Shown: positions 10,612 to 19,257, counted from the first letter of the stretch. The stretch is 64,000 nt of DNA from Synechococcus sp. (GCA_047285535.1 JBJBDC010000001.1:2752136-2816135), one strand, 5' to 3'. Translations and numbers: made by a program. The notes: generated by a model not told the origin, from the letters alone.

Positions 10612-11499
10612 ATGGCGTTCTACCGTGCCGAGCCGGCGATGCAGGATCATCTCGTCGGATTAATTGATCGATTAGCGGAGCAAGGACGTCCTGGTTTGCA
10701 CGAGCAGATCGCTGTGAACTGGGTCCGTTACGACCAAGCGAATGTCTCGTCTGGGGGTGGTTTTGGAGCGGCTTGGGCTGATCAGAAACCGGTCTATCCA
10801 GCAAGCGTTGTCAAATTGGTCTACGCCGTTGCGGTTGAGGCTTGGCTGCAAAAAGGCCTACTGCTTGAAACAACAGAGTTGCGGCGTGCAGTGAACGACA
10901 TGATTGCGTTGTCAAGCAACGATGCGACTGGATTGGTGCTTGATCTTCTGACAGGTACCTCTAGTGGACCTGTGCTGCAGGGCGAGCCCTGGTTGAGATG
11001 GCAGGATCAGCGTCAATTAGTAAATCACTGGTTGTTGGACTTTGGTTGGAGTGAGTTTGAACGGGTGAACTGTTGTCAGAAGACCTGGGGTGATGGTCCT
11101 TATGGCAGGGAGAAGAGTTTTTATGGAGAGAACAACAGCAATCGGAATGCCCTAAGCACTGCTGCTGTGTCTCGTTTGTTAGAGGCAGTGATGACCGATG
11201 GCCTCCTTTCACCTCCGGCTTGTCAACGTCTTCGCTCAGCGCTCGAACGTTCTTTGGACCTCGATGAGAGGAGCGCTGATCCTGAAAACCAGGTTGATGG
11301 TTTTCTCGGAGAGGGATTGCCTCAGGACAGCCACCTTTGGAGTAAAGCTGGATGGATGAGTGAGGCGAGACATGACGCCGCTTGGTGGTCTGACTCCACT
11401 GGACTGACCCAGCTGTTGGTAGTGTTCAGTACTGGTCCTGAGTGTGCTAAAGACAGTCGGTTGCTACCAGTGATCGCCGAGGAATTGTCGGCTTTTTGA
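10612..11499 (+). CDS. Class A beta-lactamase-like serine hydrolase (PBP-like)
   Basis: SVVK (SxxK), SSN (SxN) and KAG motifs. Confidence 0.88.
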   Translation: MAFYRAEPAMQDHLVGLIDRLAEQGRPGLHEQIAVNWVRYDQANVSSGGGFGAAWADQKPVYPASVVKLVYAVAVEAWLQKGLLLETTELRRAVNDMIALSSNDATGLVLDLLTGTSSGPVLQGEPWLRWQDQRQLVNHWLLDFGWSEFERVNCCQKTWGDGPYGREKSFYGENNSNRNALSTAAVSRLLEAVMTDGLLSPPACQRLRSALERSLDLDERSADPENQVDGFLGEGLPQDSHLWSKAGWMSEARHDAAWWSDSTGLTQLLVVFSTGPECAKDSRLLPVIAEELSAF

Positions 11500-11514
11500 T
11501 TCGAACTTTAGGCC

Positions 11515-11543
11515 CTTAATTCATCTATAAATGATGAATTAAG
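11515..11543. repeat. Perfect 11-bp inverted repeat with 7-bp spacer
   Basis: cttaattcatc-tataaat-gatgaattaag. Confidence 0.9.
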
Positions 11544-12130
11544 TCATGAGTAAAAAGCTGGGTTTCCATAATGATGTGATGTTTTTAGGTTCAGCAATAT
11601 GGCTTTTAGAGTAATGATATAAGGTTAAGCATTGCTTTTGTTGAGGGTCTGCCATTGATTATTCCTTGATTCGCTAGGAGATTCTCTCCTGGGCTAAAAC
11701 AAGTTTTTTATAGCTCATTCTTATGGGCTTCGGGTTGGCGCTTGGGCTTGTTTGCTGATAAATTATGCAAGAGATTGCGACGTGTTGTGTTTGAATGGTT
11801 GGGTTGGTATGCCAAGAAATCTCTTGTAATTTTGCATTCCTTTTAGGTGCTTGTTGGAGAGATTCTTCTGTATTGATGCGATACAATTGGTTCTAAGTAT
11901 CGGTTTGTATTTCAGTTTTTTGATGAAAGTTTTTTGCTAAAGAATGGATGCGCTTTCGAGTGGAATGTATTGTATTCTGCGTGTCACGAAATAAGTTTGA
12001 CCTTGAAGTGAAGTGGTCATCTGTGAATACTCTATGCTGAATAGAGGCACTCAAGGTTTTCTTTGCGGGAGTGCGGCATGCCTCAAGAGGTATGGAGTCG
12101 GATTAAGTGTCGGCGTGCTTTTTGAAAATA

Positions 12131-12164
12131 TTTTATGCATTCTCTCGGTAGATAATGCATAAAA
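12131..12164. terminator. AT-rich hairpin, possible terminator of unk10
   Basis: 11-bp stem ttttatgcatt/aatgcataaaa plus a 3-bp inner stem, about 220 nt downstream of the unk10 stop. Confidence 0.45.
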
Positions 12165-12381
12165 CTTATTTTAAGGTTGAAGTTTTGCGAGCTATAAGTA
12201 TAAACTAGGCAAATGCAATTATAGCCTATTGCTTTATTCTTTCGCAAGTATTGATCTCGTTATTTAGAGAATGCTGATATCCCCAGTCTGATTTGAGTGA
12301 TAGATATGCAAAATTTAATTGCTAAGAGAAGCCTCTAGCCAAGGGATGGTTGACCATTAGGCCCTTTAAAAATTATTTCTT

Positions 12382-12705
12382 TTAGTATATATTGCCTGAT
12401 CGGAAATCATACTCTTCCTCTTTGAGTTCTGAAGAGCTGCAGGTGGATTGGGAGTAATGCACTAAATTTTTAAATCCTGGAGGAACTAACTTTGGACATA
12501 AATTGCCCACTTCAATAGCTTGGGGACAGAAATATACTCCTTTCCATCGATTAAGAAATCTCCCTTTGATTTCATCGGAGAATATAAATCCATGCTTGTG
12601 AGCAAATTCAATGATCTCTGGTGGTTCCAGGCTCGAGAGCTTAGAGCGAAAGTCTGAATCAGCACGTGCTCTATCAATAAAAGCATGTAATTGTGACTTA
12701 GACAC
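12382..12705 (-). CDS. unk10: CA4 island protein Unk10, Nif11-like domain
   Basis: MSKSQLHAFIDRARADSDFRSKL...IIEFAHKHGFIFS is Nif11-like; sits next to fciAB; GTG start. Confidence 0.75.
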   Translation of the reverse strand: MSKSQLHAFIDRARADSDFRSKLSSLEPPEIIEFAHKHGFIFSDEIKGRFLNRWKGVYFCPQAIEVGNLCPKLVPPGFKNLVHYSQSTCSSSELKEEEYDFRSGNIY

Positions 12706-13067
12706 AGGTCTTGTTCATTAATCTTTTGTTCTACAACAGCGAACTACAAAACAGAGCTGAAAAGACAAATGTAAGATTCATATTTTATTCAATGCGCAAT
12801 GCAGAAAAACGCAATTGAGCATGAGCAAATTGACTCAGGCCAAGATCAGGCTGCAGAGGTCATTACGGCTTTACAAACGGTAACATGCTTTTGATTTGAG
12901 CCGTGTATGCAGAGTCTTCAGTACTTAGAAGGCCTCTGATTAAAACTATATTTTCGCCGAGAAAAAAATATCCCCTTAATTGTGAACTTTTTCATGCCTT
13001 GCTTCTTGGATCGTTTAAGATCAAAACCTATACACAGTCTATTCCTTGCTAGACAAGTCTCAATTTA

Positions 13068-14102
13068 ATGAAGACTAAAAAAGCAAAAGAATATATTTTT
13101 GCAGATACTCTTCGTATGGAAGAATATTGCCAAATGCATTATGGGGAATATTATTCCGCTTCTGACTTTTCTTGCAATGTGACTCAGCTCTCCAAGGGAT
13201 TGTTGCAAACAAATTCAATATGCTCACCGATTAGAAATGTTCATCTTGAGGTTTTCAAGTCCAATCAAACCATACTTTATGAAGAAGAGGCGAATAAAAA
13301 TTCGGTAGCATTTTGCTGGTTGCGCAATGGAGGTGATAAACAATTGCCAAATACAATCATTAGTGGACATAAAATGCATCGTGACAGCATTGCTGGATTT
13401 AATCGACTTAATAAGACAGGTGGAAATATTTGGGACATTGTAGGAGCACATACAACTTTATGCTGTATGAGCCTTAAATGGGACAAGCTAAAAGAAACAA
13501 TTCATCGGCTTAATGCTTATAATGCGTATGCAATACTTGAAGAGTGCATAGGCATTGATTCGGAAATGTCCTCAAGCAAGCAATTAAAAGGCTTGTTTGA
13601 TAGGCATTTTAAATATGGAGTGACTTCGTCAGAAGCATTTTATGATTTAGCCGTTGCCACCCTTGATGAGATATCAGATAAAAACAGATTGATAACAGCA
13701 AGATCTGACAAAACAGATTTGGTTGAGGATTTGGTCAAGTTATTGCATGATGACTCCCATATTCTTCCTCCTCTTAGAATTAATGATATTGTGCAATATC
13801 TTGATGTTGATAGTTCCTCTCTTAGCGAAGCCTCTAAGAGTTGTTTTGGTATGAGCGTCATGTCTCTTCTTGAAAGTATCAGGCTTGAGCAATTAAGGAA
13901 AACATTTTTAAACCCTAATGTGCCAAAAGGCCTTAAGCATTTTACGAAAGAACGAAATGCCCTGTATTATGGGTTTAAAAATTGGAGTAAGCTGGAACAA
14001 TTATATTATTATACATTTAAAGAGAATCCAGATAATACTATTGATCGTACAAGCAAGGTTTCAGTCCTTGTTTCAGGTTTTGGGCGGGAAGTACAGTCAT
14101 GA
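13068..14102 (+). CDS. fciA: AraC-family CA4 regulator FciA
   Basis: First of two tandem AraC-like paralogues upstream of fciC-mpeZ; C-terminal HTH-like region (FGMSVMSLLESIRLE). Confidence 0.85.
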   Translation: MKTKKAKEYIFADTLRMEEYCQMHYGEYYSASDFSCNVTQLSKGLLQTNSICSPIRNVHLEVFKSNQTILYEEEANKNSVAFCWLRNGGDKQLPNTIISGHKMHRDSIAGFNRLNKTGGNIWDIVGAHTTLCCMSLKWDKLKETIHRLNAYNAYAILEECIGIDSEMSSSKQLKGLFDRHFKYGVTSSEAFYDLAVATLDEISDKNRLITARSDKTDLVEDLVKLLHDDSHILPPLRINDIVQYLDVDSSSLSEASKSCFGMSVMSLLESIRLEQLRKTFLNPNVPKGLKHFTKERNALYYGFKNWSKLEQLYYYTFKENPDNTIDRTSKVSVLVSGFGREVQS

Positions 14103-15100
14103 AAATTGCTTTTGATTATCAAGATCCCATTCAACTTTCTGAGCAACTTGCTCAATTAGGTCAAAATACTAGAATAACACAACTTAGTGGAGACAAGGGT
14201 TCTTATCAAATGGCGCACGTAAGTGCCTTGGATTTATCGATAGCAGAGATATCGTCAAGTAAGACCCTGTTATATGAGGGTTGGGGTACATCTTGGTCCA
14301 TAGATTTTAATTGGATTACACCTCATAGAACTTCAAGTTCACCATTTGGATATTGTGAGGGATATGAGATGAAGGCCAAAAGTTTGGCTGGATTTAATAC
14401 ACTAAATTCCGTTCCAGGTGGTTCATGGGGCAAATATTCTAATCTCTGCGCAAGTACAGCCTGTATGCTCAATGCCTCTAAGCTCATTACGCAATTAAAT
14501 CAATGTAATGCTTATGATGCTCTTGAAAGGCTTCATGGTGATAGAGGCTTAGATTGTTCTAGTCAGGCTTTTAGGCAGCTAAAGCAATTAACGCGTAAAG
14601 ATCTTGCAAGAGGGATTCAATCAGTCGACAAATATTATGATCTGATAACTGTTTGCTTGGAAGAAGGTTGTAGTCGTCCTTATAAAAAGACAAAAGCTAA
14701 AAATCTTCGTCTTTTAAATCATATCGTAAATCTTGCTCACGATACACAACTCATGTCTTCTCCACTTTCTCTCTCGGAAGTTTGTCAATATTTGCGATCC
14801 GGTCAGGCATCTCTCTATAGAGTGTGTCAAGAATACTTTGGTATGGGAATCATTGAACTCATGACTCAAATACGTTTAGAGGAGTCAAGGCGGTCGTTGA
14901 TTAAGCTTAAATTGACTGAAAATTGTGATATTAATACTATCCGTGATGTGGCCATTTTTTATGGGTTCCAACATCAAGGTAGGTATGCACGCCGATACTT
15001 CAATTCATTTGGAGAGCTACCAAGTCAAACCCTAGAAAATTTGCCACTTTATGGAATGTATTCCAAAGCCGAAAAACGAAATAAGAAAAAAGCGGTATGA
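14099..15100 (+). CDS. fciB: AraC-family CA4 regulator FciB
   Basis: AraC signature TIRDVAIFYGFQHQGRYARRYFNSFGELPSQTL; ATGA overlap with fciA. Confidence 0.88.
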   Translation: MKIAFDYQDPIQLSEQLAQLGQNTRITQLSGDKGSYQMAHVSALDLSIAEISSSKTLLYEGWGTSWSIDFNWITPHRTSSSPFGYCEGYEMKAKSLAGFNTLNSVPGGSWGKYSNLCASTACMLNASKLITQLNQCNAYDALERLHGDRGLDCSSQAFRQLKQLTRKDLARGIQSVDKYYDLITVCLEEGCSRPYKKTKAKNLRLLNHIVNLAHDTQLMSSPLSLSEVCQYLRSGQASLYRVCQEYFGMGIIELMTQIRLEESRRSLIKLKLTENCDINTIRDVAIFYGFQHQGRYARRYFNSFGELPSQTLENLPLYGMYSKAEKRNKKKAV

Positions 15101-15303
15101 TTTTTATTGAATTTGACGCCAAAGTGGGCTTTAGTTCCTGAGACGCTAGGACGCATCGCCACGGTTGTAAGTATATGTACTTATGCCTCCTGCGGGTGTG
15201 TACCTTTGCGCTGAAATGGATGTCCGATTCTTACCAAAAGTACTAAAATAGAATCGGCCCGGTTGGTATCGCTTGATTGGCGACCATTTCAATTGACGAA
15301 CAA

Positions 15304-15474
15304 ATGACTAAAAGGATAACCTTTGAGCTAAGCGACGAGCTCCATAAAAAGTTAAAGCTTCTTTGTTATACAGAGTCGGTTTCGATAGGTCATATTCTTA
15401 GGGAATGCGTAAATGATTTTTGTGAAAAGCATGATGCTCATCTCATTGAAATTATAGATAATAGGTCAAAGTAA
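15304..15474 (+). CDS. fciC: Ribbon-helix-helix protein FciC
   Basis: 56 aa MTKRITFELSDELHKKLKLLC... matches the RHH pattern; lies between fciB and the lyase. Confidence 0.82.
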   Translation: MTKRITFELSDELHKKLKLLCYTESVSIGHILRECVNDFCEKHDAHLIEIIDNRSK

Positions 15475-15785
15475 ATAAGGTCGTTGTTTTGTTGGGGCTT
15501 AGTATCAATACCGAGGTGACATTGTTTTATAAGAATTGATGTATAAGCTGATTTTATGCAGCCTGTTTCTGCAATTTTGTTCTCGGTTTGGAGGCTTTTG
15601 TTTGCTGCCATGCTAGTTGCAGGAGTACGCACTGCAAGGGTGTGCATATGTGCGGTTTTTATTGCTGCTTCGTCAAAAGAGCGTGGGTAACATTATCAGG
15701 ATTCATATATGGGTGAATATTAATTGTGTGTAAGACTCAAAAAAATCAATTCTATGAGTAGTATTTTTGCACTGTTAATTCTGCT

Positions 15786-17027
15786 ATGGCCGAGCGGTTT
15801 GACACCCTCGTTGAGGGATTAAGTGAGGAATTTGCTCTTTCGATCTTATTAGAAAAGACATCATTGGTAGAGCGACCCTCTGATCGATATTTCGCTGCAA
15901 CACGACTTGGAATGAGTGATACAGAAGAATCATTGAATGCACTCATTCAGGCGACAAAGTTAGATACTCAGGAGCTTTACGATAGAATTACTAGGCGAAA
16001 AGCGATTGAAGCTCTTGGCAGACGAAAAAGCTTAAAATCAATTCCTTGTTTGTATAATGTTCTTGCATGTTCTGATTCTGAAGCTGTTATCAATGCCCTT
16101 TATTCCATTATACGTATAGGTCAAAACCCATCAGAGGATGAGCAGAAGAAAATTCTAGATGTAATAGGAGGTGAGGTCACTCAAACGCGCGCGGTAATAC
16201 AGGCACACACCAGGCTTCGTATTGGTTCTTCTACAGCGAAAGATATTATTTCACCATTGTGTACTCACGAAAGTGCTCTTGTATCAGGTGCTGCTAGGGC
16301 CTATATGGCAAGAGTTTTTGGAGAGAAATCATTATTAAAACCGTTGATGAGTCAGCTTACTGATTCTGTTGCTGGAAAGAGAAGATCTGCTGTTATTGAT
16401 TTGGGCGATGCGGAGTCTGAAGACGCTCTTGAACCCATTCTTCGCGCTCCTGTATCTATGTCTCTTAGAGCAAAAAGTGTTTTCCAGATCATTGATTCAG
16501 ACGAAAATAAATCAAACAATCAGAGATTTGACCCACTGATTCAAAAACTACTTATGGATCATCCGTTGGGCCTTGACTATAGGCCTGAGTGGCAGTGCCC
16601 ACAAAATGCTGAGCAAATAGAAAAAAATCTAAGTCATAGAGATGAGGCGAAGCAATATGGTGCTGCAGCGAGTTTGATGATGATAGATAAGGATGAATGC
16701 CTGGAGATTATTTCCAGTATGGAAGAAAGGCTTTGGTCCGATTACGTCACACATTACTATCTTACGATGATTGTCGGTTTGAGGTCCTTCCGAGAAAAGA
16801 GTTATCTTGTTCGTTCGGCGTTAGCAGAAACGACTCCTCAATATGCAAAATCACGTGTTGCAGCTGCTTGGGCTTGCTTGAGCTTAGATCTCGACGATCA
16901 ATTGGAATTGCTATATGATTTGTCTCAACAATCTCCTTGGATTCCACTGAGGTGGAGTTGCCAACATGCGTTTGCGGAAATGGTTGACCGTTCTCAGCGC
17001 AACTTAATCGAGTGCGATGTGGCTTGA
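15786..17027 (+). CDS. mpeZ: Phycoerythrin II PEB lyase-isomerase MpeZ (E/F clan, HEAT repeats)
   Basis: MAERFD, YFAATRLG, RRKAIEALGRRK and HRDEAKQY motifs; SDYVTHYY gives Val321 (isomerase type); fciC is present. Confidence 0.88.
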   Translation: MAERFDTLVEGLSEEFALSILLEKTSLVERPSDRYFAATRLGMSDTEESLNALIQATKLDTQELYDRITRRKAIEALGRRKSLKSIPCLYNVLACSDSEAVINALYSIIRIGQNPSEDEQKKILDVIGGEVTQTRAVIQAHTRLRIGSSTAKDIISPLCTHESALVSGAARAYMARVFGEKSLLKPLMSQLTDSVAGKRRSAVIDLGDAESEDALEPILRAPVSMSLRAKSVFQIIDSDENKSNNQRFDPLIQKLLMDHPLGLDYRPEWQCPQNAEQIEKNLSHRDEAKQYGAAASLMMIDKDECLEIISSMEERLWSDYVTHYYLTMIVGLRSFREKSYLVRSALAETTPQYAKSRVAAAWACLSLDLDDQLELLYDLSQQSPWIPLRWSCQHAFAEMVDRSQRNLIECDVA

Positions 17028-17948
17028 TTATAGATCTCGTTGTCTGCCTAGATGCTTGCTCTTTCTCTTCACACTAGTGTTTTCACTCAATGATCCACTC
17101 TCCAAGGCTTGTATCTCAATTAAGGCTTGGCCCTAAGGTTTTGTCTTGATGTTAGGCATCAATCTTACGGTCTCTTTTTTGATTGGTTCGTTCTGTGAAT
17201 GTAATGGGAGAATCCACTATTGTGCTCTTTTTGATTTGACTTTTCTGTATGAGGGATCTTGTTTTGAGTTGGGAGCTGAACCTTGTCTATCTTGAGTGTT
17301 CGAGGTGACAGTAAGGATTGCTTTTGTAATGATTCAATCTGATCGGCAGGGCGCTGGATTTTATTGCCGGCATCACTGTTTTGATAGGGCTTTTAATCAT
17401 TTGATTGTGACTTCCGTTCCATCCTCAAGGTGAGTTTTGATGCACTCAGATGTTGTTGGTGGATCACGCCAGCTCAGTGGATTCGTGATCGGATGGTGAA
17501 GCCTATGGTCAGCCTGAATGTCAGCTCTCCTTTGTCCAAAAGAACTCCTTGAGTCTGCCCAGCTAGCTCCATTGGTCTAGTCGCTTTCTAATAGTGCAAG
17601 CTAACTCTTAGGTTCTTGGCGGCTGTTGTTCAGTATTGTGAGTCTGTGTCCTTCCTCCGCATGCATGTGACGTGACTTCTTGCCTATGCCGTTAGGGATA
17701 ACCATCAAGGGAGAACAGCTTCAGCAAGCTTTGAGTTTAAATGTGATGCGGTTATGTCTAGTGCCTTGCAACAGTGTTTGGGCTTAATATCTGATTTTAA
17801 TTGATTTTTGGTCACGCCCAATGCTCGCGGATTAGGAGCTTTTTGCTATGTCTTTAATCACTGTTCACATGTTGGTTTAGCCTATTATTAATGATTCTAT
17901 TTAAATACAAAACAGTAACGATCAATCAATCTTGATAGGAGTTTGGAA

Positions 17949-18037
17949 CGGAGAGGGAGGGATTCGAACCCTCGACAGAAGTTGCCTCCTGTAACTCCTT
18001 AGCAGGGAGCCGCTTTCAACCACTCAGCCACCTCTCC
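17949..18037 (-). tRNA. tRNA-Ser(GCU)
   Basis: ggagagg...ctccc t GCT aa ggagt, long variable arm, ggttcgaatcc...cctctccg. Confidence 0.97.
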
Positions 18038-18075
18038 AGCGGCCGACTTATCTTACCAAGGGGTCTGCCAAATGC

Positions 18076-19257
18076 TCAGATCACCAGGCGAGGGAGGCGA
18101 TGTTTAAAACTGCACAGCACTTCCCATGGAATTGAGTCTGCAAGGGCTGCCCATGACCTAGGGCTGATCGTTTGATCACCATCGCGCCCAAGCAGCGTTA
18201 TGACATCTCCGCTTTCCAAGGATTGGTGCTCGGTGACATCAAGAATCAATTGATCCATGGTGATGGCCCCCACTTGGGGAAGAGTGTGGCCATTGTGCAG
18301 AGCATGGATGCGGCCAGAAAGGCACCGACTTACTCCATCGGCATATCCAATGCTGACAACAGCCAGACGGCTCGGTCTCTGAGTCACGAATCGATGGCCA
18401 TAGCTCACGCCAACTCCTGAGGGGACCTCTCGGATCAGGCTGACTTTGGCTTTGACACTGATGGCGGGATCCAATTGGATGACACCATCGAGATATTGAC
18501 TAGGGCTATGGCCATAGAGGGCAAGCCCTACGCGGACCAGATCATGGTGAAGGCTCGAGTCCCGCAAGGTGCCTGCTGAGTTTGCGAGATGACGCTTCAG
18601 TGTTGAGCTACTGAGATCTCTAGTGATGGTGTTGAAGCGTTCTTGCTGGAGTCTGGTGAAACGTTCTGCTTCGCCGCCCCTGTCGCCGTCTGCTAAAGCC
18701 AGATGGCTGTAGATCCCGCAGAGACTGAGTTGGTCCAGCTGTTGTATTGCCTTGGCAAGGCGACGGCCATCCTGCCAGTCGCACCCGAGGCGGGTCATGC
18801 CTGTATCTAATTTGAGTTGAACGGGAAAATGTCGACCGCTGCCATGGGCAAGGTTTTGACAGAGCAGGGCTTCACGCATATTGCTGAGCGTGGGCATCAG
18901 TCGCCATTGCAGGCATGCTCTGAGATCCTCTGGTTGGGAAAGATGTCCCAAAACCAGCACAGGTTCATCTAGCCCTGCCTGCCTTAGTTCAATGCCCTCT
19001 TGAAGAGTCGCTACACCCAAGCTGGTAGCGCCGCCGCGAAGGGAGGCTTTCGCCACGGTTTCGGCTCCATGGCCGTAGCCATCGGCTTTCACCACTGCCA
19101 TCAGCTCACAAGAAGGCTCGAGGTGGCGTTTCAGGGCACGGGCATTAGCCTCAATCGCGGATGATGATACCTCCACCCACGCTCGCTGACGAGCGTGGGT
19201 CTCAGCTAAATGATGCGCCCAGGGGGCTTTTGGGTCCTCGGCGAAGTGATCTTGCAT
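18076..19257 (-). CDS. alr: Alanine racemase
   Basis: AVVKADGYGHG, KLDTGMTRLG and IGYADG motifs. Confidence 0.97.
   Translation of the reverse strand: MQDHFAEDPKAPWAHHLAETHARQRAWVEVSSSAIEANARALKRHLEPSCELMAVVKADGYGHGAETVAKASLRGGATSLGVATLQEGIELRQAGLDEPVLVLGHLSQPEDLRACLQWRLMPTLSNMREALLCQNLAHGSGRHFPVQLKLDTGMTRLGCDWQDGRRLAKAIQQLDQLSLCGIYSHLALADGDRGGEAERFTRLQQERFNTITRDLSSSTLKRHLANSAGTLRDSSLHHDLVRVGLALYGHSPSQYLDGVIQLDPAISVKAKVSLIREVPSGVGVSYGHRFVTQRPSRLAVVSIGYADGVSRCLSGRIHALHNGHTLPQVGAITMDQLILDVTEHQSLESGDVITLLGRDGDQTISPRSWAALADSIPWEVLCSFKHRLPRLVI

Larger units (their letters stand above)
11500..17948. mobile_element. AT-rich genomic island (CA4-A) at the tRNA-Ser 3' end; no integrase seen
   Basis: Abrupt shift to AT-rich sequence between the serine hydrolase stop and the tRNA 3' end; carries accessory CA4 genes. 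Confidence 0.8.

Noticed and set aside
11674..11886. 70-aa minus-strand ORF in the island flank
   Set aside because: TTG start, no recognisable motif; likely spurious.
12382..12705. unk10 as the precursor of a novel RiPP cluster
   Set aside because: No LanM, YcaO, radical SAM or peptidase-transporter gene is nearby, there is no clear GG cleavage motif, and the context is the known CA4 island.
15168..15183. LexA box upstream of fciC
   Set aside because: Half-site spacing is 2 nt shorter than the 14-bp consensus seen at recA.
12770..15739. Short motifs shared by the fciA/unk10 and mpeZ upstream regions (tgtaagaYtca, ggtaacat, gattcatat)
   Set aside because: These 8-11-nt matches in AT-rich DNA occur in different order and resemble generic -10 elements; not distinguishable from chance by eye.
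17470..17483. cagctcagtggat resembling a tRNA D-arm
   Set aside because: No cloverleaf, anticodon arm or T-loop can be built around it.
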